Shown here: positions 1-10,000 of the stretch, in pieces | Layout of the letters: each line of letters begins with the position of its first letter | How positions within the stretch are numbered: position 1 is the first letter of the stretch | From: Aquifex aeolicus VF5 | Lineage (GTDB): Bacteria; Aquificota; Aquificia; Aquificales; Aquificaceae | Length of the DNA: 32,000 nt | Direction of reading: 5' to 3' | Assembly: GCF_000008625.1 (NCBI RefSeq) | Contig: NC_000918.1 | Coordinates: forward strand, 480,001-512,000 | The notes under the pieces: model-generated | Told to the model about the DNA's origin: nothing | Databases searched by the model: none | The model's input: the letters and a program-made list of their open reading frames with translations, nothing else | Position numbers and translations under genes: made by a program

Positions 1-273
1 CATGAGCTGGTCTATCTGCTTTTGCATTTGTTCCATCTGCTCTTTCAGGTTAAGGATTATGTCAACTCCCGCGAGGTTTACACCGAGTTCTCTTGTGAGG
101 AACAGGATAAACTCGAGTCTTTCTAGGTCCTCGTCCGTGTAGAGTCTTGTGTTTCCTTCGCTTCTGGAGGGTTTTAAGAGTCCCTCCCTCTCGTAAAGTC
201 TCAAAGTTTGGGGGTGTATATTGTACATCTTAGCGACTACACCTATTGTGTAGTAAGCCTTTCTCTTCTTCAT
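1..273 (-). CDS. hspR: HspR-like MerR-family heat-shock regulator (partial, C-terminus runs off the window)
   Basis: Not in the ORF track. My translation of the reverse strand from the ATG at 273 gives MKKRKAYYTIGVVAKMYNIHPQTLRLYEREGLLKPSRSEGNTRLYTDEDLERLEFILFLTRELGVNLAGVDIILNLKEQMEQMQKQIDQLM. The HPQTLRLYEREGLLKP...R.Y...DLERL motif is the MerR/HspR winged helix. Directly downstream of dnaJ. Confidence 0.85.
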   Translation of the reverse strand, partial: MKKRKAYYTIGVVAKMYNIHPQTLRLYEREGLLKPSRSEGNTRLYTDEDLERLEFILFLTRELGVNLAGVDIILNLKEQMEQMQKQIDQLM

Positions 274-278
274 GGCAC

Positions 279-1409
279 TCACCTCTCTACAATTCTTTCA
301 GGCTTTGGAAGAACTTCCTGAAGTTGTTTTAAGAGCTCTTCCACCTTTTTACCGTCCCCAAGAAGCTTACTAAGAACACCAATCTTGGGAACGTCTATGT
401 GAACCCTGACGTAAAGGTCTCCCCTGCCCGAACCTTTCAGTCTGGGCATACCTTTTCCAGGAACCTTTATGAGTTCTCCCTCTTTAGTTCCGGGTGGTAT
501 CTTTACCTTTACCTTTTCACCGTCTAAAGTGGGAACTTCCACTTCTGTTCCGAGAACAGCCTCGGGGTAGGTTATGTTTACGTCAACGTACAGGTCGTCT
601 CCCTTTCTTTCAAAAATCTTGTGGGGTTTTACCTTTACTATGATGTAGAGGTCCCCGGGAGGTCCTCCGTATCTTCCCGCGTGTCCCTTTCCTTCCACTA
701 CGAGTTTTGAACCATCCCTCACTCCCGGCGGTATCTTTACCTTTATCGTTTCCTTAACGAGTCCGTATCCCCTGCCCGTGCAGGCGTGGCAGTTTTCGTA
801 AATCACTCCTTCTCCACCGCATGTGGGACAGGTTTGTCTTACCTGGAAGAACCAGTTTCCTTGAACGGTTTCTCCTCTACCACCGCATGTGGGGCACGTT
901 CTTGACTTTGACTCGTCGTATCCCGTCCCGCCGCAAGCGGAACAGGGGACTTCCCTTTCAACCTCTATGGGAACTGTAGTTCCCTTAAAGGCTTCTTCTA
1001 ACGTAATCTCAACGGGGACAACTATGTCTTCCCCTTTTACGCTCCTCCTTCTCCTTGCCCTCCTTCTTCCCGTAGCCCTTTCAAATATACTTCCTATATC
1101 AAAGTCAAAGAATTCCCTGAGTATTTCCTCTATTGGCGGTATTTCAGTGGTTTCTACCCTCTGCTGTGCTCCTGCACCTTCAAAGGCTGCGTGTCCGTAC
1201 ATGTCGTAGAGTTTTCTCTTTTCGGGATCGGAGAGTACTTGGTAAGCCTCGTTTATCTCCTTGAACTTTTCCTCACACTCGGGTTTCTTGCATATATCCG
1301 GGTGATACTTCCTGACAAGCCTCCTGTAAGCCTTCTTTATTTCTTCCTGCGAAGCGTTTCTCGGTACTCCAAGAATTTCGTAGTAATCCTTTTTAGTAGA
1401 TGAAGCCAT
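279..1409 (-). CDS. dnaJ: Chaperone protein DnaJ (Hsp40)
   Basis: J-domain with HPD (KYHPD), four CxxCxGxG-type zinc repeats ([32 protein letters not shown]) and the C-terminal substrate-binding domain. Confidence 0.97.
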   Translation of the reverse strand: MASSTKKDYYEILGVPRNASQEEIKKAYRRLVRKYHPDICKKPECEEKFKEINEAYQVLSDPEKRKLYDMYGHAAFEGAGAQQRVETTEIPPIEEILREFFDFDIGSIFERATGRRRARRRRSVKGEDIVVPVEITLEEAFKGTTVPIEVEREVPCSACGGTGYDESKSRTCPTCGGRGETVQGNWFFQVRQTCPTCGGEGVIYENCHACTGRGYGLVKETIKVKIPPGVRDGSKLVVEGKGHAGRYGGPPGDLYIIVKVKPHKIFERKGDDLYVDVNITYPEAVLGTEVEVPTLDGEKVKVKIPPGTKEGELIKVPGKGMPRLKGSGRGDLYVRVHIDVPKIGVLSKLLGDGKKVEELLKQLQEVLPKPERIVER

Positions 1410-1445
1410 AACTTTCCTCCGTTTACCAGAGTAAATAACTTAAAA

Positions 1446-1466
1446 GTTGAGTTTATTTTTGTCAAG
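1446..1466 (-). promoter_or_regulatory. HAIR-like inverted repeat (candidate HspR operator) upstream of dnaJ-hspR
   Basis: Minus strand CTTGACA-AAAATAA-ACTCAAC versus HAIR consensus CTTGAGT-N7-ACTCAAG: 11/14 arm positions with exact N7 spacing. It lies 37 nt upstream of the dnaJ ATG and contains a TTGACA hexamer. Confidence 0.6.
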
Positions 1467-1479
1467 TTTCAAAATCACA

Positions 1480-2343
1480 CTAAACTAATAAACGTTTAGG
1501 GGAAAGAACACCTCCCTTTAACTCTCCGATACCTATAAATTTAGAGTCTTCATATATCTTAACAAGGCCCTCGTAATCGTAATTCTTTATTAAAATCCTC
1601 TTTCCCTGGAGTATTTTTCCGGCTTCAAAGGTGTTTAGCCTAACTTCGGGGATTACCCTGAAGAGTGTATCCACGGGCAGGACGTACTCCTCCGGATTTT
1701 CCGAAGAGAGAAACTCTTCCAGACTTACCGCTTCCTCAACGCTTATTTCGTCTATCTTCAACCTTCTGAGTTCCTTCATGTAGCCCCCTATCCCGAGCTT
1801 CTTTCCTATATCGTAGGCGAGACTCCTCACGTAACCCCCGGAAGATATTTCGGCCAAGAATTCCGCCTCCTTTTCTCGGGGATTGCAGGAAAGGAGTTCC
1901 AAGGAGTAGACGGTTATCTTCACGGGCTTTAGTTCTACCTTTTTGCCCTTTCTCGCGAGTTCATAAGCCCTCCTACCTTTTATCTTTTTTGCGGAGAAGG
2001 GCGGAGGTGTCTGGAGTATTTCGCCCCTGAACTCGTTCAGAACTTCTTTTAACTTATCGCAATTGAGTTCTCCTTCGTAAGTTTCTACGACTTTCCCCTG
2101 AGCGTCGTAGGTGTCCGTCTCTGCACCGAACTTAACCGTAAACCTGTAAGTTTTAGGCATCCCTATAAAGAACTGCGAAAACCTCGTAGCCTTGTTTATG
2201 AGGATTATGAGGAGTCCCGTGGCAATAGGATCGAGGGTTCCCGTGTGCCCCGCCTTTCTTGCCTTCAGTTTTTCCTTTACCCTTTCCACTACTTCCGTGG
2301 AGGTTATTCCCTTTGGCTTGTCTATCAGAAGTGCTCCGTCCAT
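1480..2343 (-). CDS. truB: tRNA pseudouridine(55) synthase TruB
   Basis: [23 protein letters not shown]...[16 protein letters not shown] is the canonical TruB N-terminus and catalytic-Asp motif. The ORF extends to 2358 but the conserved start is the ATG at 2343. Confidence 0.95.
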   Translation of the reverse strand: MDGALLIDKPKGITSTEVVERVKEKLKARKAGHTGTLDPIATGLLIILINKATRFSQFFIGMPKTYRFTVKFGAETDTYDAQGKVVETYEGELNCDKLKEVLNEFRGEILQTPPPFSAKKIKGRRAYELARKGKKVELKPVKITVYSLELLSCNPREKEAEFLAEISSGGYVRSLAYDIGKKLGIGGYMKELRRLKIDEISVEEAVSLEEFLSSENPEEYVLPVDTLFRVIPEVRLNTFEAGKILQGKRILIKNYDYEGLVKIYEDSKFIGIGELKGGVLSPKRLLV

Positions 2344-2373
2344 ACACAAAATTATCAATTTAAAATAAGGCTT

Positions 2374-3567
2374 ATGTACAACTATCCAGACGAGAGAGGT
2401 TATTTCGGGCCCTTCGGGGGAAAATTCGTCCCCGAAACCTTGATGTACGCCCTGGAAGAACTTGAAGAAAAATACAGGGAATTGAAGAGCGACCCTGAAT
2501 TCCAGAAAGAACTCGATTACTACCTGAGGGAGTACGCCGGAAGACCCACTCCCCTTTACTTTGCGGAGAAACTAACGAAGTACGTGGGCGGTGCGAAGAT
2601 ATATCTGAAGAGGGAGGATCTTCTCCATACCGGTGCCCATAAGATAAACAACACCATAGGTCAATGTCTTTTGACCAAGAGAATGGGAAAGAAAAGGGTT
2701 ATAGCGGAAACGGGGGCGGGACAGCACGGGGTCGCAACCGCAACCGCCTCAGCACTTTTCGGCTTGGAGTGCGTCGTTTACATGGGTGAAGAAGACGCGG
2801 AAAGGCAGGCTCTTAACGTTTTCAGGATGAAACTCCTCGGAGCAAAAGTGGAAATAGTAAAGAGCGGAAGCAGGACCCTAAAGGATGCCATAAACGAAGC
2901 ACTGAGAGACTGGGTGACAAACGTTGAAAGTACCCACTACGTGATAGGTTCTGTGGTTGGTCCTCATCCTTTTCCCATGATAGTGAGGGATTTTCAGAGT
3001 GTAATTGGAAGGGAGACTAAGGAGCAGATACTGCAGAAGGAAGGAAGGCTTCCCGACGCTATAGTCGCGTGCGTGGGAGGCGGTTCAAACGCTATGGGGA
3101 TATTCTACCCCTTCGTTGAAGACAAAGGAGTTCAGCTAATAGGCGTGGAAGCGGGAGGATACGGACTGGAAACTGGACAGCACGCTGCTTCCATATGCGG
3201 GGGAAGTGTAGGAATCCTTCACGGTATGAAGAGTTACTTCCTTCAGGACGAGGAAGGACAAATTCAGCCAACTCACTCCATTTCAGCTGGACTAGACTAC
3301 CCAGGAGTTGGACCCGAACACGCTCTCTTTCACGAGATAAAACGGGCAAAGTACACCACAGCAACCGATGAGGAGGCGCTTGAAGGTTTCAAACTCCTCG
3401 CACGTACGGAAGGTATAATCCCTGCCCTCGAAAGTGCCCACGCGGTAATAAAGGCGGTTGAAGTGGCAAGAGAATTGGGAAAGGACGGGATAGTTGTTAT
3501 TAACCTCTCAGGAAGGGGAGACAAGGATATGGCACACGTTATGAAACACCTTTCACTCGAAGGCTAA
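2374..3567 (+). CDS. trpB: Tryptophan synthase beta chain
   Basis: [47 protein letters not shown] (PLP lysine), [12 protein letters not shown]. The conserved start at ATG 2374 is inside the longer track ORF 2245..3567. Confidence 0.97.
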   Translation: MYNYPDERGYFGPFGGKFVPETLMYALEELEEKYRELKSDPEFQKELDYYLREYAGRPTPLYFAEKLTKYVGGAKIYLKREDLLHTGAHKINNTIGQCLLTKRMGKKRVIAETGAGQHGVATATASALFGLECVVYMGEEDAERQALNVFRMKLLGAKVEIVKSGSRTLKDAINEALRDWVTNVESTHYVIGSVVGPHPFPMIVRDFQSVIGRETKEQILQKEGRLPDAIVACVGGGSNAMGIFYPFVEDKGVQLIGVEAGGYGLETGQHAASICGGSVGILHGMKSYFLQDEEGQIQPTHSISAGLDYPGVGPEHALFHEIKRAKYTTATDEEALEGFKLLARTEGIIPALESAHAVIKAVEVARELGKDGIVVINLSGRGDKDMAHVMKHLSLEG

Positions 3568-3582
3568 TATCATTAAAGTATT

Positions 3583-4644
3583 ATGGAAATCCTTGTAATA
3601 GGCGGTGGGGTAATAGGACTATCCATCGGGGTAGAACTGCTCCTTGCGGGACACGATGTAAGACTCCTCGTCAGAGATAAAAGGGAAGGTGCTTCCTGGG
3701 TGGCGGGCGGTATGCTCGCCCCCTTTTCGGAAGGTCTGAGGGGAGATTTTTTAAGGTTTTCCGTGGAAAGTCTAAGGCTCTGGCACGACTACCTTGAAAG
3801 ACTGAAGGAAATTTCGGGGAGAAAAGTTTTCTTCTCTCAGGGAATACTCAGAGTAGCCTTTGACGAGAAAGAAGAAAAGAAATTGAGAGAGGACGTTAAG
3901 TTTTACTCTCAGGAAGTGTGTCAGAACCTTATCTCTTACGACGCTGAAGAACTCCTAAAAGAGTTTCCCTACCTTTCGAGTGAAGTCAGGTACGGAGTTA
4001 TATACGGAGATGAGGGAAATGTAGACACGGAAGAGCTTATGGAAGCCCTTTACGTTGCCTTTGAAAAACTCGGTGGAGAAATAATAAACGAGGACGCGGT
4101 AAAGATTCTGAGGAACGGAGAGAGAATAGAAAAAGTCTTCGGCTTTTTTGAGGAGTTTACTGCGGATTACTACGTGTTTGCAACGGGTGCTTGGCTAAAA
4201 GAACACTTCGGCTTTCCCGTATTCCCGGTAAAGGGGCAGATACTCAGGGTTGAAGCACCCCTCAAAGACTACGTTGTTTACTCCTCAAGGGCATACATAA
4301 TCCCGAGGGAAAAGGACCTTTTAATAGGCGCGACAACCGAAAACGCTGGCTTTGACACGAAAACAACTTTAGAAGGTGTTAAAAAACTTTCCGAAGGGGC
4401 GATATCGAGCGTCCCTCAGCTCAAGGAAGCTCAACTTCTTGAGGTAAGAGTCGGCTTTAGACCCGGAACGCCCGATGAACTTCCCGTTTTTTACTTTGGA
4501 GAAAACTTTTCAGTTTACGGAGGGCATTACAGGAACGGCATACTCCTCGCTCCCGCAACCGCTGAGGTAGCCCTGAAGTTAATAGACCAGGGGGAGGTTT
4601 CGGAATACTTCAAGACTTTCTCCCCTTACAGGTTCAAGGAGTAA
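3583..4644 (+). CDS. FAD-dependent glycine oxidase / D-amino-acid oxidase family (ThiO-like)
   Basis: N-terminal GxGxxG dinucleotide fold (MEILVIGGGVIGLSIGVELL), WVAGGMLAP, IIPREKDLLIGATTE and VYGGHYRNGILLAP, typical of ThiO/DAO-family oxidoreductases. Confidence 0.85.
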   Translation: MEILVIGGGVIGLSIGVELLLAGHDVRLLVRDKREGASWVAGGMLAPFSEGLRGDFLRFSVESLRLWHDYLERLKEISGRKVFFSQGILRVAFDEKEEKKLREDVKFYSQEVCQNLISYDAEELLKEFPYLSSEVRYGVIYGDEGNVDTEELMEALYVAFEKLGGEIINEDAVKILRNGERIEKVFGFFEEFTADYYVFATGAWLKEHFGFPVFPVKGQILRVEAPLKDYVVYSSRAYIIPREKDLLIGATTENAGFDTKTTLEGVKKLSEGAISSVPQLKEAQLLEVRVGFRPGTPDELPVFYFGENFSVYGGHYRNGILLAPATAEVALKLIDQGEVSEYFKTFSPYRFKE

Positions 4645-4647
4645 ATA

Positions 4648-6630
4648 ATGAGAGTTTACGTGGGCGTTGATACAGGCGGGACCTTTACAGACTTCGTTTA
4701 CTGGGACGGAAAGGAGTGGCGTGTCCTCAAAATCCCATCTACTCCCTCCAATCCCGCGGAAGCTGTCCTGAAAGGTCTCGAAAAGTTGAGAAGGGGGAAA
4801 GCCCTTGACGTGGTTCACGGCTCCACCGTAGCTACAAACGCACTCCTTGAGAGAAAGGGGGCAAAAACTGCTTTAATTACGAATAAGGGTTTTGAAGACG
4901 TAATAGAGATAGGGAGACAAAATAGGGAAAGACTTTATGACCTTTACTACAGAAAGCCCAAGCCACTTGTGCCGAGAGAACTCAGGTTCGGGCTAAATTG
5001 CAGGATAAACGCAAAAGGAGAGGTTTTAAAACCAATAAACAGAGAAGAACTGAAGGAAATACTAAAAGCCTTGAAAGAAAAAGGAGTTGAGTCGGTAGCT
5101 GTATGTATGCTCCACTCTTACGCAAATCCCGAACATGAGAAAGAAGTGGAAGAAGAACTTAAGAAGAATTTGAGTGTTTTTGTTTCCCTCTCCTCCGAAA
5201 TCCTTCCAGAGTTTAGAGAATACGAGAGGTGTTCCACTACCGTTATAAACGCCTACGTCTCACCAAAGATGTCAAAATACCTTTATTACTTAAAAGATAG
5301 ATTAAGGGAGGGAGACCTTTTCAGGGTGATGCAGTCAAACGGGGGACTGATTTCTCCGGAAACCGCTTCAAAGGAGGCAGTTAGAACTATACTCTCTGGA
5401 CCCGCGGGAGGAGTGATAGGTGCTCTTCACCTTGGAAAGCTCGCGGGCTTTGAAAAGTTAATTACCTTTGACATGGGCGGGACCTCCACGGATGTGTCCC
5501 TGATATACGGAACTCCGAATATAACTACGGAGTCAAAGATAGATGGTCTGCCCGTAAAGGTTCCCATGATAGACATAAATACGGTGGGAGCGGGAGGAGG
5601 TTCCATAGCCTACGTGGATGAAGGAGGAGCTCTCAGAGTAGGCCCTCAGAGTGCGGGAGCGCAGCCCGGACCCATATGCTACGGAAGGGGAGGAAAAGAG
5701 ATAACTGTAACGGATGCAAACCTCTTTCTAGGAAGACTCGTTCCGGAGCACTTCTTGGGCGGTGAGATGAAACTATATCCCGAACTGCTTGAAGAACCCT
5801 TCAAGGAAATGGCAAAGAAAATAGGACTCGCACCCACGGAGCTCGCGGAAGGGATAATAAAGGTAGCTAACTCCAGCATGGAAAGGGCTATAAGGAAGGT
5901 TTCGGTAGAGAGAGGCTACAACCCTGAAGAGTTTGCCCTCTTTTCTTTTGGAGGAGCTGGTGGCCTGCACGCTGTGCTTCTTGCAAAGAGTTTAAATATT
6001 CCGAAAGTCATAATTCCCAGAAATCCCGGGCTTCTTTCCGCGGTAGGTATGCTCTTTGCGGATATAGTAAAGGACAAAGTAACCACCGTTATGCTGAAAG
6101 AAGAGGAGGCAAAGCCCGAAACCCTAGAAAAGTTGTTCTTACTTATGGAGGAGAAAGTACTCTCCGAAATGGAGGGAGAAGGCTTTCCGCCCGAGAAGGT
6201 ATTCGTAGAGAGGTTTTTAGACGTAAGATACAAGGGGCAATCTTACGAGATAACTATACCTTTTGGTGAAAACTTCAAAGAGACTTTTGAAAAAGAGCAC
6301 GAAAGGCTTTACGGATATGCCCACAGGGGAAGGAAGATAGAAATTGTAAATCTCAGGATAAAGGCAACGGGGATAAAGGAAAAACCTCCCTTGAAAGAGT
6401 TTAAGGAAAGGGGAGATAAGTATCCCAAGGATGCAATCCTCGGAGAGCGGGAAGTGGTATTTGAAGGAAGGCTTGAGACTTTTAAAGTTCTCGACAGAGA
6501 AAAACTCGTTTACGGGAACGTTATAGACTTTCCCGCCATAGTGGTTGAGTACTCTTCAACCACGCTCATACCGCCCTACGCAACCGCGGAAGTGGACAGG
6601 TATGGGAACTTGATTATTACTCTCCTTTGA
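4648..6630 (+). CDS. hyuA: Hydantoinase A / 5-oxoprolinase N-terminal family protein (HyuA-like)
   Basis: [14 protein letters not shown]-terminus, [77 protein letters not shown]. Confidence 0.93.
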   Translation: MRVYVGVDTGGTFTDFVYWDGKEWRVLKIPSTPSNPAEAVLKGLEKLRRGKALDVVHGSTVATNALLERKGAKTALITNKGFEDVIEIGRQNRERLYDLYYRKPKPLVPRELRFGLNCRINAKGEVLKPINREELKEILKALKEKGVESVAVCMLHSYANPEHEKEVEEELKKNLSVFVSLSSEILPEFREYERCSTTVINAYVSPKMSKYLYYLKDRLREGDLFRVMQSNGGLISPETASKEAVRTILSGPAGGVIGALHLGKLAGFEKLITFDMGGTSTDVSLIYGTPNITTESKIDGLPVKVPMIDINTVGAGGGSIAYVDEGGALRVGPQSAGAQPGPICYGRGGKEITVTDANLFLGRLVPEHFLGGEMKLYPELLEEPFKEMAKKIGLAPTELAEGIIKVANSSMERAIRKVSVERGYNPEEFALFSFGGAGGLHAVLLAKSLNIPKVIIPRNPGLLSAVGMLFADIVKDKVTTVMLKEEEAKPETLEKLFLLMEEKVLSEMEGEGFPPEKVFVERFLDVRYKGQSYEITIPFGENFKETFEKEHERLYGYAHRGRKIEIVNLRIKATGIKEKPPLKEFKERGDKYPKDAILGEREVVFEGRLETFKVLDREKLVYGNVIDFPAIVVEYSSTTLIPPYATAEVDRYGNLIITLL

Positions 6631-7135
6631 AGTACTTCCAGAAACCCCTTCTATCCTTGTAGGCCTCCTCCTGAGCTTCTCCCAATTCTTTTAAGTACTT
6701 CACCTGAGGAGGGATTATGAAAACGAATGCGAGTCCTTCCTTTACGAGGAGAAGGTTTAACATTTTGTTACGATACTCATCGAGCCATACGTAGGCGAGA
6801 TACCTGCCGTTGTTGTCCATCTTCCTGACGGGCAGTTCCAAGTAAACTACTTTCTTATCAATCAATCTCTTTGAGAATTCCTTTGCCTTCTTTCCAAATT
6901 CCTTAACGGTTCTTATCCCTCCGTAAAACCACTTTGCCTGTCCCATTCCCTTCTTCATGTTGTTCGTTTCAAGGGTGTCTATTCCCATGAGTCTTACTTT
7001 TATGAACCTGCTTTTCCCTTCGGGAACGCACCTGAAGGTATCACCGTCAACTACCCTTACGACTTTGCAAGGGATAAGTTCGGAGCTGAAAGTAAAACCC
7101 AAAAAAGTCAAAAACGGAATTAAAAATTTCTTCAT
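6617..7135 (-). CDS. Secreted/periplasmic thermonuclease-like (SNase-fold) nuclease
   Basis: Signal-like N-terminus (MKKFLIPFLTFLGFTFSSE) followed by VVRVVDGDTFRC...KVRLMGIDTLET...NGRYLAYVWLDE...LLVKEGLAFV. The Asp, Arg, Glu and Arg positions expected for an SNase active site are present. Confidence 0.9.
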   Translation of the reverse strand: MKKFLIPFLTFLGFTFSSELIPCKVVRVVDGDTFRCVPEGKSRFIKVRLMGIDTLETNNMKKGMGQAKWFYGGIRTVKEFGKKAKEFSKRLIDKKVVYLELPVRKMDNNGRYLAYVWLDEYRNKMLNLLLVKEGLAFVFIIPPQVKYLKELGEAQEEAYKDRRGFWKYFKGE

Positions 7136-7647
7136 CTTTCCTTCTCCTTAAGTAGGAAAATCTTTACCTGAGACAAGTTGCCAAAGTAGGTATTCGGGTA
7201 TTCCTCTTTTATAGCGGACCAAAGGCTTAAAGCCTTATTAATTTTTCCCAGTTTTTCGTAAGAAAAAGCTTCCAAACTCTTTGCTGAAGGGTAATTAAAA
7301 TCTTCCTTTTTAATTTCTTTTAAGTTTTCAAGGGCTTTTCCGTATTTCTTATTTAAGTAAAAGTCTGCGGAAAGCCTCTCTTTATAAAACTTTTTCATAT
7401 TTTCCTCTTCTATATCTTCGTAGATTTCTTGAAAGTTTCCGAATTTTGCAAGGACGTAAGGATAAAAGGGAGTTCCCTTTGTGATTTTCAGTATCTCTTC
7501 CTTTTTTAATTTCCCTTTTTCAAAAAGGTAAACCTTGTAAGAAATTTCCTTAAAAGAATTTATCTTGTGTTCCTTGTAAGCGTTGTAAGCCCAAACGCCG
7601 AGGACGAGGAGGAAAACCGCTCCCAGGAATAGATAAAAATCCCTCAT
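7132..7647 (-). CDS. Membrane-anchored helical-repeat (TPR/YfgM-like) protein, function unknown
   Basis: N-terminal transmembrane segment (DFYLFLGAVFLLVLGVWAYNAY) followed by paired-helix repeats such as YPSAKSLEAFSYEKLGKINKALSLWSAIKEEYPNTYFG. Overlaps its neighbours by 4 nt on both sides. Confidence 0.6.
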   Translation of the reverse strand: MRDFYLFLGAVFLLVLGVWAYNAYKEHKINSFKEISYKVYLFEKGKLKKEEILKITKGTPFYPYVLAKFGNFQEIYEDIEEENMKKFYKERLSADFYLNKKYGKALENLKEIKKEDFNYPSAKSLEAFSYEKLGKINKALSLWSAIKEEYPNTYFGNLSQVKIFLLKEKER

Positions 7648-8198
7648 ACGCTCATTATCTCCTTCTCTTTAGCTTCCATAAGCTTGTTTATCTCATCTAT
7701 GTACTTGTCAGTCAATTTCTGAAGTCTCTCGAGTGCCCTCTTCTTCTCGTCTTCCGAGATACCTTCAAGTTCTTCTATCATCTCCTTTGCTTCCCTTCTC
7801 ACGTTTCTCACCCTTACCCTCGCCTCTTCTGTTATCTTGTGCAGGAGTCTAACGAGTTCCCTTCTTCTTTCTTCCGTAAGTGGTGGGAGTGTAACCCTTA
7901 TCACGTTTCCCTGAACCGTTGGGTTCAGGTTCAGTTCTTCCCTTATGGCTTTTTCTATTGCGGGAACCGCGTTCTGATCCCAAACTTGAATTACTATCTG
8001 GTTGTGTTCTGGAACGGAAATAGTACCGAGCTGTTTAATGGGAACTTTTGAGCCGTAGTACTCAACTTTAATCTCTTCAACCAGAGCAGTGGAAGCCCTG
8101 CTGGTTCTGAGCCCTGCGATTTCGTTCTTGTAGTACTCAACAGCCTTTTTCATATCTTTTTCCGCTTCCTTGAATATGTCTTCCAGTTCCTTTATCAT
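7644..8198 (-). CDS. frr: Ribosome recycling factor
   Basis: GLRTSRASTALVEEIKVEYYGSKVPIKQLGTISVPE, IRLNLPP-like RVTLPPLTEERRRELVRLLHK, VRNVRREA. Confidence 0.97.
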   Translation of the reverse strand: MIKELEDIFKEAEKDMKKAVEYYKNEIAGLRTSRASTALVEEIKVEYYGSKVPIKQLGTISVPEHNQIVIQVWDQNAVPAIEKAIREELNLNPTVQGNVIRVTLPPLTEERRRELVRLLHKITEEARVRVRNVRREAKEMIEELEGISEDEKKRALERLQKLTDKYIDEINKLMEAKEKEIMSV

Positions 8199-8203
8199 CT
8201 TTC

Positions 8204-9792
<1,589 letters not shown>

Positions 9793-9859
9793 TCTCATAC
9801 CTCCGCTTATCTTTTCTAATTATAACAGGCTCAAAAGGGAACTTTTGCGGGAGGAAAGT

Positions 9860-10000
9860 GTGAACTATCCCGCATCATAGATGCGGGGCTTCGGGTGGGT
9901 TTACACCCTCTTTGGAGTGCCTTACCACCACGGGCAGGTTCACACCGCCCCTACTCCTGCCTATCCCGCCATACAGCGGAATAGCGGAGCTACTTTCCCT
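9860..10000 (-). ncRNA. Candidate omega-RNA (reRNA) overlapping the tnpB 3' end
   Basis: The minus strand reads ...GGGGCGGTGTGAACCTGCCCGTGGTGGTAAGGCACTCCAAAGAGGGTGTAAACCCACCCGAAGCCCCGCATCTATGATGCGGGATAGTTCAC. This is encoded as the GGVNLPVVVRHSKEGVNPPEAPHL tail of TnpB, beyond its RuvC-III motif. The 5' limit is a guess. Confidence 0.5.
9869..9887 (-). repeat. Right-end hairpin of the tnpB element / predicted omega-RNA 3' stem-loop
   Basis: Perfect 8-bp stem CCCGCATC-ATA-GATGCGGG, overlapping the tnpB stop codon and followed on the minus strand by ATAGTTCAC. Confidence 0.75.

Noticed and set aside
889-1209. 106-aa plus-strand ORF inside dnaJ
   Set aside because: Lies entirely antisense to well-supported dnaJ, with low-complexity serine/leucine shadow composition and no recognisable motif. 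The 1191..1403 ORF is the same kind of shadow.
9819-9824. TATAAT on the minus strand as a tsf promoter
   Set aside because: Perfect -10 hexamer, but no convincing -35 at 16-18 nt. Too weak to list as a feature; mentioned only as context.
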